NCBI GenBank assembly: GCA_964016885.1
Contig: OZ024753.1
Span: 3,968,001 to 4,032,000, forward strand
DNA from: Eledone cirrhosa
Lineage: Eukaryota
DNA: 64,000 nt
Reading direction: 5' to 3'
The position numbers and the translations under genes are program-made. Within the stretch, counting starts at the first letter, position 1; each line of letters begins with the position of its first letter. Shown here in pieces: positions 13,046 through 25,993 of the stretch. Below the pieces are notes generated by a model. It did no database searches, was not told the origin of the DNA, and saw only the letters and a list, made by a program, of their open reading frames with translations.

Positions 13046-15728
13046 TGTGTAGCGAACTAGAAAGACAAATCAAACAAACAGGTATCAAGCACACACACAC
13101 ATGCTCAGACACATACACACACAAGTATATGTATGACGAGAACAACAAACCAAGTATTTGTGTGGGAAAATCGTTAAAATAATAAACAAACTAGGGATTT
13201 ACTCAGTGACCAAAGCCCTAAAATGTTGTTGGGTTTTACATTCAAAAGCGATGTGAGTCGAATACTTTTAAACGTACCGGCACAATTATTGCACAGAATT
13301 ATTTTTAAAATATACCTCAGAAGATAAACCGGCTATTCCTCTATTTATCGCGTCTAATACAGTGTAGTGTGTTAGATGGTCTTGTGTTTCATATCTATCT
13401 ATCTATCTATCCATATCAAGTGAATTCAGCAAAAGTCTGCTTACACTATTACTCATCAGAATACTCGATACTTAAGGTAGAAGATTACGGTTATAAGAAA
13501 GAGTGGGGACCCCGATAGCTGGACTCTTGCCATTTCAACAGCGGGAATGCACATTTTGCCAATTCTGTCAAAACCACACGCACTACTAGTTATTCGTTAT
13601 TGGGTATATTGTCCAAGCTATTTTGTCACACATTCTTTGACATCCTCAATGACTTTTTTTGTTTTTCTGTGTGTCAATTTTTTTCAGGTCTTATTCTATT
13701 GAGTTTCTACAATGGCAAACTTTACCTGTTGCCAGGTCAAGAGATATTTACGGAAATTACATTTTCTTAGAGTAAACGTGATGCAAGATTCCATGTTAAT
13801 CTAATTACATATGCGCAAGAGATCTTTTGTGAAGGTTGCACACGATGTGTCCTTTCATGTTGTTGAAGGCGAATACACATTTATCTCTATACAATTCGGA
13901 TATGTAGGGGTCTTTACGCTTGTTAATTTTATCTTGAATGGAGAAACGCTCTATACCTGCCTTTCGGTCAATTATAAATTCCCAACCGAGAGGTGAATGG
14001 CAGTTATTGAGAAACAGGTGCAACAATAGTGGTTTTCATAATGATGCTGATATCAATGTTCTGATTATGGTGCGTTCTTTCTCGAAATGCATGCTTCAGT
14101 AAACGATGATTTCTATGGAGATTATAGGTAGCATGAACATTTCGTTAAATATATATATATGGCATCCTTTATCTTCTATATTAATAAGCCACAGAACAAT
14201 TGCAACTCAACTGAAAGTAATGTCGAATATTGAATTTAAAGAAGTAAAATGTTATTACGTCATCTACTCACAGTTTCAAATATTTATATTATAATTACCT
14301 TCTTGTAGTTCCAAAATATCAACAAAGTTTTCTGAATATCACCGCCGGATCTATATCACCCATTGAAAGTCAGAAAATAATAATGGGTTTATCCTCTCGA
14401 TGTTTGCCAGCATTCACGACAAATATGTCCGAACGAGCATATCAAGTAAATCTCTCGCTGTTATAGGTAGTCAATCATCGCATTCATAGCTATATACACA
14501 CACACACATATTCATACATATACACATATATATGCATGCATGCATATGTACATTGTGCGAGAAAGAAAGATAAATATGAAGTGCAATCCACCATTGATTC
14601 CATGAAAATGTTGAATAGCTAAAGGAGCCAACCACAGAAACCTGAAGGTACAAGCGGAGTCAATCCTCACCTAATGATCCCATTCAATTTCCAAACAAGA
14701 ACGACCGACGTGCTGGATGCAATCCAACCATCATCCTATTGGCCTACATTTTGTTCTCTAGTCGGGTAGCTTTGCCCGACAAATCTACGTGGCGCTTTTG
14801 TCCTAAGATATTCCAACCGCATGTTCGTAGCACTTGCGGCTTAATCTTGCAATGCGGAGTTGTAGCGACTTTATCATGAACGAACCATTTATGTATTTCA
14901 GTATACATAAGAAATATAGGCTTAATATGGCCGATATTACGAGGAACGAAGTTGTAACTATACTAACGGAGAGCATGAAAAGCATGACAATGAAGAACAC
15001 TGGCAGAAATAGGTATATCAACATATGTACTCATGTACTTGTATTTGTATGCAGTTACACTTGTGAAGTAGTTATGAAAATGTATCATAGTTTCTTCCGA
15101 GTTTTTGCATATTTCAAATGCCTTTGATCTGATGTTTAAATGGCCATGCTTGTGTATGGAATTGGATACACATGAATTAGTTGAAGAATAGTTAGCGATG
15201 AATTAAAAAAAAATAGTAAATAAGGAAAGCATTTGAACGATGAAGCAGCATAAGAGTTAATATACAGAAATCAATAGTAAAGTATTGGTAATAATTTACT
15301 TTACAATATGTGGAACAATATATGTAAGCAGACATGCGTATGTGTGAGTGTGTGTTTATATGTATATATACACATGTCACACACACATATATATATAAAT
15401 ATATATCAAATAAAATTTTATATTTGAAATAATCGTTATTGTATTTCATACGTATAAGAAATGAAAGATAATAGAAGCTACAAATATCTATATTTCTGGT
15501 TACCTAATAAAGCGATAACAGAAATCAAATTTATTATATACTTCCAGACATGCGGATATTTATATCATATGAAAAGGAAATCTATGACCTCATTGCAATT
15601 AAGATTTTTATTTCCAAAACGTAGAAGAAAATTGATTATTTATATTCTCTTTGACGCAATATCTTTCGTCTTAGACTAGTAATGAAACAATTATCAGTAT
15701 TACCGCTATTATTATTATTATTGCTAAC

Positions 15729-17565
15729 GGCGGTGGATTGGCAATATCGGTGGAGCATGTGCCAACAGGCTTTCGCGGCATAGAGTTACGGGCCTTTACG
15801 TTCTGTGTTCAAATCCCGCCGAGGTTAACTTTGTCTTTCATCCTCACGGGGGTCGATAAAATAAAGTAACAGTAATGCACTGGGTATTTGCTAAGGGTAG
15901 TGGATTGGCAGTATCGGTAGAGCATCGGACAACATAATACGTGGCATAGAGTTACGGGCCTTTACGTTCTGTGTTCAAATCCCGCCGAGGTTAGCTTTGA
16001 CTTTCATCCTTACGGGATCGATAAAATAAAGCACCAGTAATACACTGGGTCGACTTTCCCCTCCCCTTCAAATTGCTGGCCTTGTGCCTAAAGTAGGAAA
16101 TTTGTATTGCTATTGGTGTTGATTTTAACATTAAAATTAATATTATCATTATTGGCACTCATGCCAATGTTATTGGGCGGTCGACTAGCAGAATCTTTAT
16201 AGTGTTGGACGAAATAAAATAGATAGCGGGATTTGAACGTAAAGAAATACTGCAAATTTTCACTTAAATACCAATAGCATAGGCCGCGAATTGGCAGAGT
16301 CGTAAGTGCGTCGCATAGAATGCTTTATGGCATTCGATCAGGCTCTCTGTTCCCTTTGTTCAATTCCCGCCGAGGTCAACCCTGTCTTTCATTGTTTCGA
16401 GGTTGATAAATAAGTATCAGTCTACTACTTGGGATCGATTCCTTCTCTTTCTCTATATCTCTTTTCTAATTTCCTCTCTATTACTTTCTATCTCTCTCTG
16501 GAAGAAATCTACTGTAGTCAGACCTGCAGAGCGATGGGCTTCGCCAGGTTTAAAATACCCAAGAACTCCGTAAGTTAATACGGCATCCCTGTTACTCTAT
16601 CAGGTGTTACGGGACGATACCATACCAGTGGAATACTGTGCTAGCTTTAATCGACTACACCTACACTAAAATGTGTTGATTTTGTGCTGATATTAGAGAT
16701 AAAGGCGTGGGGTTAGCCGAATCATTAGACTGCCAGACTAAATGTTTTGCAATATTGATCTGCAGTTTTACATTCTCAATTTTAGTCATGCCTAGATTAA
16801 CTTTGGCCTTACTCTTTCCGAGTTTGATAAAATAAAATACTACTCAAGTACTAGAACAATTTAATCGGTATTTACAAGAATTGAATCGATAATTACATTC
16901 TGAGTTTAAACCCTGTCGAGGTTAGCTTCGCCTATCATCCTAAAGGGGTCGATAAAATAAAGTACCAGTAATGCACTGGTTTCGATTATATCGACTTGCC
17001 CCTCTCCCAAAATTGTCCGCCTTTTTCCTAAATCAGAAGCCCACTATTATCATCAATGGGAGCGGTGGATTGGCATATTGTTAGAGCGTCGGACGCAATT
17101 TTCGTGGCATAGAGTTACGTCCATTTACATTCTGTGTTAAAACCCCACTGTGGTTAGCTTGGCTTTTTATTCTCAAGTGTCTATGAAATAAAATACCTGT
17201 AAAGCACTGGGGTCGACTTAATCTATTTTCCTCTCTCCCTAAAACTCATAGCCCTGGGCCTAAATCAAAAACCAGTATTATCAGTATTACTGCGAGCAGT
17301 GGATTAACAATAACTAGAGCGTCGGATGCCATGCCTCACTGTTTGAATTACGTCCCTTTATATTCTGAGTTCAAATCCCGTCTAGATTATACATTCGCCT
17401 TTCATCATTACGGCGTCGAGGAGATAAAGTACTCGTAAAGCAATGGGGGGAATTTAATCGACTTTCACGGCCACAAAAATACTGCTGGACTTGTCCCTAA
17501 ATTAGAAATCATTAGTAATACACTGGGTAATTGCTGGCCTTGTGCCAAAAGTAGAAACAATTGTT
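15729..17565 (+). mobile_element. Head-to-tail cluster of ~8-9 tRNA-derived SINE copies, all on the + strand
   Basis: Repeated ggcggtggattggcagtatcgg (A-box-like)...gttcaaatcccgccgaggttaactttg (B-box)...gtcgataaaataaagtaccagt...ggccttgtgcctaaagtagaaac. Copies start near 15729, 15895, 16175, 16282, 16703, 16894, 17060 and 17295, plus a tail at 17517. Confidence 0.92.
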
Positions 17566-18039
17566 ATACTAGTTTTATTTTTGTCGTCAAAAAATATTGT
17601 TTTGTCGTTGTGCATTTAAGTATTATTGTTTTCGTTATTGTTTTCTTATTTGTTTTAATAATATACGTTGTAATACAATACGTGTTTCATTCCTTGACAT
17701 AATTGCTTCTACTTGGATCGGCAAGAACCGCATGCTATGTGGTATTTGAATGTATAATGTCACATAATATTCGGCAATATTTAACTTTCTGAAAAGTTGT
17801 CCATGATATGACAAATATCACAGTGATCATATTAAAGCCAGATTTCTTAAATTGTTTCTCACAAATATTATAATTACTGCTATAATGATCGACGTAATCA
17901 AAGCGGTATTAAACAGATGCTACAAGAACAGCTACTACTACTACTGATGGTGCTACTTCTGCTGCTACTACTACCACTAGTATTAATAGCAATAGTTTTA
18001 ATAAAAATAATAGTAATAATAATTCTTTTTTCCTTTAGT

Positions 18040-18560
18040 TACAAAGGCCGAAAGAAGGAACAATCCTGCACCAGAACAAACAAAGACATTGAGAATAATG
18101 AAAAGAAATTTCCCAATAATTGCTCGGATATCACGATATAAAGTTTACGACACCCACATATACGAAACCAGCTTAATCATTAACAACCTTCTAGGAAGGT
18201 GCCCCTCTCCTCCCTCAAATAACTTACATACAGGCGTATGCTCAAAGAAGGCATATACATTGAGGCAAACCTCGCTACATTCAACCAGCTTTTAACAAAT
18301 GTACTTGGGGTAGCACTTCATTCTCCACGCCCACATTCCTTTCTAAGTGGAAAAGATTGTTAAGGCTTGGATTAAGAGCACAGTTTCTGACTTCAGTCAT
18401 TTTAGGTATGTCTACTACATAATATCTTTCGCTGCAGCCATCAGCAAGAGAATAACTGCTCGTCCTTCCTGATGAAAGAAATATGGTGAGGTGATCTTTA
18501 GGATGGAGTCAACTTATAGACAGATTCTGCACGCGACTTACGATGTGCAAAAAATGTGCA
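18040..18560 (-). mobile_element. 3' end (ORF2 C-terminus plus 3' UTR) of an L1/Tx1-clade LINE, decayed
   Basis: Minus-strand translation VDSILKITSPYFFHQEGRAVILLLMAAAKDIM**TYLK*LKSET...FHLERNVGVENEVL..FVKSWLNVARFA, homologous to 3400-3650. Confidence 0.65.
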
Positions 18561-18599
18561 CAAGTTTAAACTGGACAGTATATAATATTTATATTTTTC

Positions 18600-19600
18600 T
18601 CTATACGATGTGGATGAACCGATGAGTTCGGCCAGGTCGACATTCTCACAATCGAGTATTTCCTTCACTTACTATTAAGCATTTTGAAGTGTTTGAGAAG
18701 ATTTGTGATTATTTAAAACCTTCCTTCCTTATCAGTTAACGCCACAAACTCCCAGCTTGATTCAAGCGGTATTACTTCTTTAAACCAGTGAAAATGTATT
18801 GTGTTGTCCTTATTTCTTATGCACACTGGTAAGGGGGTTGTTGATGTAATGAAATACTTTTGTATTATTAGTGTGTTGATGTACATAATTCATTACGTTG
18901 GTTTAGCTTCCGTTAATTGCCGTGTCGGTACTGTAAAGTTTCGTTTGATTACTGCGATCAAAACACTCGGTGTAATAGTAGCAACATTAGCAGTGGAGTC
19001 CCTCACTTCTTGTCCTTAATTTCGATTCATTTCTCATATGTATAGTGCCTTTTATTTGAATGAATATAATATATGATTTTTAATACATCTGCGCACCCAA
19101 CGTGGCGGCCCGGCCTTCTCACACAACTTCAGGAATACTCGTTTAGTGTTCATATACGATATCAGAAAGTGAACATCCATACTGTCGCCATCCAACACCT
19201 AAGTTTTCCTGTTCATCTTCAACAGAACATTTATTCGACCGATCTTTCTCTGTTGATGTAATTGTTACCTGTTTTCTTGTTTGTTTACTACACTGTTGTG
19301 GTGCTCTTGGTGTTGATTGTGGTTGGCTTGGTGTTGATTGTGGTGCTCTTGGTGTTGATTGTGCTGTTCGTTTCGTTAGCATTTCTTGTCAACTATTCTC
19401 TTAGGTGCTGCTAATAGTTGTAGTGCTGGATATGGTGTGCTTGCTCGTAGTGATGTGCTATTCTATTTCACTCTAACATTAGCTACGTTAGCGTTCTTCT
19501 CTCACAGATCTGTTACAATATTTAGCGGAAAACTCATGAAATTATTAGTAGTTCTGGAGTCATTGTCACCGCCTTCATGAACAAGCGTGTTTGAGACAGT
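18600..19600 (-). mobile_element. Decayed ORF1/gag-like retroelement remnant, copy 1
   Basis: Low-complexity T/S/Q/P-rich minus-strand reading (QSTPRAP, 21-bp repeat at 19300-19365). Its 5'-end motif (+ strand ggagtc.attgtca.ccg...tgagac, 19556-19597) recurs at 29349-29392. The left boundary is approximate and the ORF1 assignment is inference. Confidence 0.45.
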
Positions 19601-20699
19601 TTGAGTTGAATTAGCTGCAACTATTGGCGCCTCCCTTCCCATACACTACCACTCAGAATTCAATTGCCACTTCGATACGTGTCGAATTATTTTTTTTATT
19701 GTAAATTTCCAAACGAAAAGTTATTTTCTGAAGTAAATTAATTCAAACGTTTGCTAGCGAAAGAAACATTTTACTCACTCCCAGTGACCAGGATCAGTAT
19801 GCTATCATCATAGTATATTTACAACACTCAAAGCGAAAACAAGTGTAATTTTAGATATATTATAAAGCAATAAAAGCGAATGTGATTCAGAAAGATGCTA
19901 AAAGATGTGGGTGTATATGTAAATATGTATGTTTATGTGATGACTACATGTTCTTTTACAGACAGAAATAGTCAAACACATGCAAAGCAACAATCTGCGA
20001 TATCAATATTAATTTTACACATATTTTACTTGATTTTTTATATGCAAAGATGGTGTTCAAGTTGCGATTAGATATCAAAGTGCTTTAGCGTACGTATATA
20101 TATTTATGTAAAAGTTATTAGATTAAAGCCCCTGATTAAAATCAGAAGTAGAACTCATATGTCGTATGTTTCAATATAATTAGTTCATAATACAGTATCT
20201 AGTTGCTTTTGCCTTCAGTAGATAGTACTTTGTGGTGATATATCAGAGAATATAAGGAAAAAGAAAACAATAAAATCGATGCGTGCCTCAAGAAAATAAT
20301 GTATGAATTACAAGACGCATACAAGAATATGTAGAAAATTGAAAACTTGCAGAGCATGCACATGCAATAATTAGTAAGGAAAAGAGACTGACCTTAATGA
20401 CGTCTAGTTAAATTCCACGTATTCTTTCATGTATTCATCATCACAAAATGTAATCCACTGCTGTAAAATATAGATGTTTGAGAGATTTATTTTGTATATT
20501 AGACATACATGTGTTTAGAATATACTTTGCATTCATTCGATATATACTCGAAACACTACCAACACCAAAGTTGTATGGATACACAACTTCAACAATTATT
20601 ATTTTTATTAGAGAAAAGCAATGAAGAATGACATGATGCTGAATGAAAACAAAAGCAATATATACAAACACACACACACCGACCACAACTAAATATGGA

Positions 20700-21350
20700 A
20701 TGATACGCATTGGAAAAGCCATTCCAGCTTGCGGGGCACACACCTGCGGCTGGCCAGCTCAGCGCCTATGGTGGTGAGTAGGGAGGTAGCCTTAGGGCCA
20801 AGATAACCAAAAGTCTCCACTGCCATGGGTACAACCGCAAACCTGTCGGTGAGAGACCGGTATTTGAGGAGTTTAGCCTCCTCAGCCCGACGTGCAGCAG
20901 AACCCGGGTTTATCGCAGACTGCACCAGCTTGCGGCTGCAGAAAGTGTCGGTGCAGGTGGCATCCCAGAGGAGGGGTTTTCCACCGCGGAACGTGAAGAT
21001 GGTCATGCAATCTGGCCTTTTGTCGTCCCCTCTGTCCATCCCCACCGGCTGGAGCTGGGAAGGGAAGCTTGCAGCATCCAAGTCATGCTTTATGACGTCG
21101 TTGAGGGCAGCATGGCGTGGAAGGCGGCTGGCACTGGGGCGACAGGAAAGCGGGTGGAGGCCGAAAGGGTCCATGGTAGATCCGCAGCGACATTGGTGGG
21201 GCTCGCAGATCCGGAGGCCGAGCCTCAAGGAAACACCAATGCGCAGGCTATTATTGTCTAGTTGCGTGCCAGTGGCGAAGTAGGGCAGGGCATGGAGCCA
21301 GGCACCAATTTGGGTTTGGAGGCCGCAAGAAAACAGGCAAGGGGTGCTCG
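20700..21350 (-). mobile_element. CRE-clade (RLE-type) non-LTR retrotransposon C-terminal fragment: zinc knuckle plus PD-(D/E)xK endonuclease
   Basis: ORF 20689-21390 contains GAWLHALP, LRLG, CRCG..DPFGLHPLSC (CCHC), RHAALND, KRPD...LLWDATC...AEEAKLLKY and PMAVETFG..GP. GC-rich relative to the flanks. Confidence 0.9.
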
Positions 21351-22258
21351 TCGAGCTGGCGTGTGAGCCTGTCTGAGGCACCTTCAACACATATTTCTAT
21401 GATTTTATGTAAAAGCATATATATATATATATATACATATATACAATTGACTAAAATAAAAACATTTGATGTCTTTCACGGCTAATTCGTAAAGCAATTT
21501 GAACTATCCATGCAGTTAGTAATAATTTATACTGCACATCAATAAGTTATATATGACAATATGCTTTACTTGAATGGTAACTCCTGACTTAGCTTGGAGA
21601 AACATTGTATACGTGCGGCAATTATAACACTATTTATGGAGAGGGTGTTCATCATAAACTTCATTTAAAAAGGTATCATTACAATAGACTTTTAAATTAA
21701 GAATTGAATCCCCTACATATATTCATTACCTGTTATATAGTTCAGTAATGCTCCCATACTCTGTTAAAATACTCATATGTTCAGAAAAATAAGATGGGGA
21801 TACACAGTCCTTTGGTTAATAAGATTGACTCAATCTGTTTCAGAAATCATGTAATAATGTGAAATGCGAATTTCAAATTGTCTTTATGTTCAACTTAAAT
21901 TATTAGATGCAATTTGGTTTAGCAATGTGTGTTATGACTACACACAGAAATTAAATGGAATTGAATACATAAGAGGTTGATATCAAAGAAACTTAAAATG
22001 ATTTTGGAACGTTAAACGCAGACCAAAATTAACATAAATTGTCAAAATCATGCTTCATAAATCTAATACACTGGAGATATGAAATTAGTACCCATGCTAG
22101 ATTTAAATAAAAACACGAAGACATAAATTCTATCGGAATAAATGTATAGCGTCGAAATTATACAGTGTATTATGAATGAACACCTACAATTACCCGTCAC
22201 TATTATAGGTGGAATATTCATTTCATGAAAAGAAAAGTAATTTATCGACCGGGTGTAC

Positions 22259-24800
22259 AAATAATTGTTTCTACTGTTTGGCATAAAGCCAGCAAATTAC
22301 CCAGTGTATTACTAGTACCTTATTTTATCGACTCCGTAAGGATGAAAGGCAAAGTTAACCCCGGTGGGATTCGAACTCAGAATGGCAAGGGCCGTAACTA
22401 TGCGTCAAAGCATAGCGTCCGACCCTCTACTGATACTGACAATCGACATGACACTGAAGCAGGTTGAATCCATTTACTAAATTGGCAAGAATTAGAAGGA
22501 AAATATACCCAATCGAACACATGCAAATGGAACGAACTTTTACGGTCTAATCAGGGAGGAGCAACAAAATTCAGATCTGATGCAAAATTGGAATGTATAC
22601 GTATCTTTATGTTCTGAGTTCAAATCCCGCCGCGGTTGACTTTGCCAATCATCCTTACGAAGTCAATAATATAAAGTTCCAGTCACGCCCGTGGTCGATT
22701 TTATCGACTTAGCCCCTTCCCCTAAAAATGTTGGCCTTGCGCCTAAATTAGAAACGCTTATTATCATGATTATTAGAAGGTGGTTGATTCGCAGAATCGG
22801 CAAAGCGTCACACAACATGTTTAGCGGAAGAGCGTTAAGGACATTTACGTTCTCAGTTCAAATCCCACCGAAGGTAACTGTCTTCTATCCAAAGGAGTCC
22901 AATAAAATAACGTAACAGCGTTACGCATTTGACAGCGTTTAGCTGTTTTAAGGGCTGTTCTAGCGATGAGTTTTATCATTTTTTAAAGTAATAATTGTTT
23001 CTAATTTAAGCTGAAGGCCAGTAATTTAAAAGGAAAGGCAAAGTTGATTAAATCGACACCAGTGCATTACTGGCGCTTTATTTTATTAACCCCTTAAGGA
23101 TGAAAGACAAAGTTAACATCGGCGTTTGGTGTCTTTGTTATTAGTTGTTTTTTTAGGAAGTTGGTAGCACATATTCAGCTCTTATTAGGCATGTACCTAT
23201 AATCTTCAATGCTATATTATCCCATGATCCACGTGATAGGTGCAATGTGTCCGAACACGGAAGAGCCGAACTCTCACACTCATCATCCCCATCTCTCTCG
23301 CCCTTCCTTGTATTGTGAGCAAATGGGGTACCACGTGCTGGCCGCCCCACAGCCCCGGCGGATAGAATGGAGAAGGTGTTTCCCCGGAGGATGGTAAGGG
23401 AGATGCCCTGGAAGAGCCATTCCATTGTTGTCGTTGTTCGGGCTTACTTGTTGCTGCTGCCGCTATTTGTGTTACTTCTGTTGTTGCCGCTGCTGATGCT
23501 CTCGAGACTAGTGATTATGTAGTTTTTATTGGTAGTTGGTGTGGTGGTGCCTGGATAATATATTTTAAGCGCTACGATTAAAATATTGAAAATAAGTACA
23601 CTTTTCTCCTGCAAATTTGTTCTGCTCTGGCTTATTGAAGGGGTGGTGTTTTTCTCCACATTTCATTTTGAAGAATTTGACGCGTTTTTCAAAGAAGAAA
23701 ATAAATTATTTGGGCCAGAAGCCCAAATATTATGGGTTCGCGTTCCTTGAGTGACAAGTCAGTCACTCTATAAACAGTTTGTGACAAAAAATCCTTTGTA
23801 AACTAGTGAAAAGTGGCAAACTCACAAAAGCCGATACGAACACGTGTTTATAAAAGAATCTAGATAATAATCATTTCTACTACAAGCACAAAGCTACCAA
23901 TATAGAGAGTGGGGAAAGTCGATCTACTCGATCCCAGTGCATTAGTGGTACTTTATTTTATTGAACCCGGTGAATTGGCAGTATCGGCAGGGGTTGGACG
24001 CCATGGTTTCTAGCATAGTTACGTCCCTTTACGGTTTGAGTTCAAATCCCGCCGAGGTTAACTTTGCCTTTCATCCTTACGGGGTCGATAAAATAAAGTA
24101 CCAGTAATGTACTGCAAAGCTTAGTGTCCGATGCTCTACCAGCACTGCCAATCCCCCACCCTGCCAATAACAATAATAATTGTTTCTACTTTTGGCACAA
24201 GGCCAGCAATTATATTCTAGTGAATTACTGGTACTTTATTTTATAGACCCCACAAGGATGAAGGCAAAGTCAACCTCGGCGTCATTTGAACTCAGACCAT
24301 AAAAGGCTGTAACTCTTTGCTGGAAAGCATGGCGTCCAACCCTCTACCGATACTGCCAATCCACCGACAATAACAATAATAATGGGTTCTGAGTTAGGCA
24401 CAAGGCCGACACTTTTTTTTTTACGGATGGGAGGTCTTCGATTTAAATCGACTCCAGTGTATTACTGGTACTTTATTTTACCGACCACACAAAGATGAGA
24501 GGTAAGCTAACCTCGACGCGATTTGACATCAAAGCGTAAAGAAATGTAAGAATATGCTGTAAAACGTTGCCCGACGTGCTACCGACTCTTCTAATCCACT
24601 TCTGATTTAGACACAAAGCCAACAATTTTTGGGGAGGTGAAAGTCGAATAAATTGATCACAGTGTGTTACTTGTACTTTATTTCATCGACCCCGTAAGGA
24701 TGAAAGGCAAACCTAAACTGGGCGTTATTTGAACTCATAACATAAAGAGTCGTTACTCTCTGTCACAGAAGAGTTTCCGACGCCCTACCGATACTGCCAG
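22259..24800. mobile_element. Second SINE cluster: ~10 copies or fragments, mostly on the minus strand
   Basis: Minus copies at about 22259-22445, 22990-23125, 23866-23968 plus 24115-24160, 24173-24367, 24380-24600 and 24600-24800. Plus copies at about 22605-22760, 22778-22915 and 23968-24114. Same consensus as 15729-17565. Confidence 0.9.
23250..23425 (-). mobile_element. 3'-terminal fragment of the CRE-clade element
   Basis: EWLFQGISLTILRGNTFSILSA matches EWLFQRVSIAVLRGNAFSILTA of the 35.7-kb copy. Confidence 0.8.
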
Positions 24801-24910
24801 ATGCAGAGATATACGTTAAAAATAATATTCTATTCAATACAATACTTGGTTAACCTGTGAAGGATAATTTTCAAAATATACGGTGGTAGGATTACAGACA
24901 CACACTACAT

Positions 24911-24941
<31 letters not shown>

Positions 24942-25141
24942 AAATTGGTGTTGGATGCTTAAAGCGTCCGTATGCGGTAGGCCGTATCAGCACTCGATGC
25001 CCTCATAGAACAGAGTATGATATCACAGAAAAAAGAGAATCAGTGTTGCGACGAAAGGAATTTATTGGACATATTACAATTGTTTCTCGGGCGACCAGGT
25101 CGAGGCACGATCGATTCTACGAAGCAGTTTGTCCTATTGTG

Positions 25142-25191
<50 letters not shown>

Positions 25192-25950
25192 ACAAATGAG
25201 TCATGTAATATAATACTATTAGCAGATTTCACAGGAGAGAAACAAGAGTGTTAAAACTGTCTGCTTGTGATTCTAGGCTATTATGCGGTTGTTGTTTTCT
25301 TGTATCATAGTGCGGTATAGCGTCACAAGCAACACCTGGAATTTGGAGAGATTGAAGTGCGACCTGCTGTCTGTCTATCATATCTCAAATAAACTGCATC
25401 CATAACTGTACTAAAAAGATAATTATATAGCTCACTAAATATATACATGCACATATACATACACATGTATTAAAACGCACCTCCCTTTCTCTATCTCCTG
25501 CATTGACCAGATTGCTCAATGTCTGAAAGAATAAAAAGATAATAATTTAATCAGAGCTATAATGTGAGAAGAAAATAGACAAAATTTACCTAATTTTTTC
25601 TCCGAAGTCCCGACTGTACTTTCACTGATTTGTTTGTTGCTGTAATACAGCAAAAGGTGCACTACGTCGGTTAGAATATCGGCTTCTCAATATTCCCCCT
25701 CAAGTGAAAAGACTACTTCTTCAACTGAACATTAATAGTGAAAAATTATCGGTTGGGAAAATTTATCACGTGGTATATTAGTCACAGAAACGAGGTAAAT
25801 GCTGGTCGTTTGGCGGGTATCACATTTACTGGGAAAATCAGGTAGCACCCACTTATTTTACCTAGCAGCCTCACAGATCTGGTGCACTTCGGCGAAACTA
25901 CAGTCAGATCTTTGGAGAGACAATTATGTATATTTTGTCTATTTACTCAC

Positions 25951-25993
<43 letters not shown>

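Noticed and set aside
15729-17565. tRNA gene array or CRISPR-like repeat-spacer array
   Set aside because: Units are ~150-220-bp diverged SINEs with A/B boxes but no cloverleaf, and there are no short identical repeats with unique spacers.
18468-18485. CTGATGA..GAAA hammerhead-like string
   Set aside because: No stem II, and it is the antisense of Tx1 ORF2 coding remnant.
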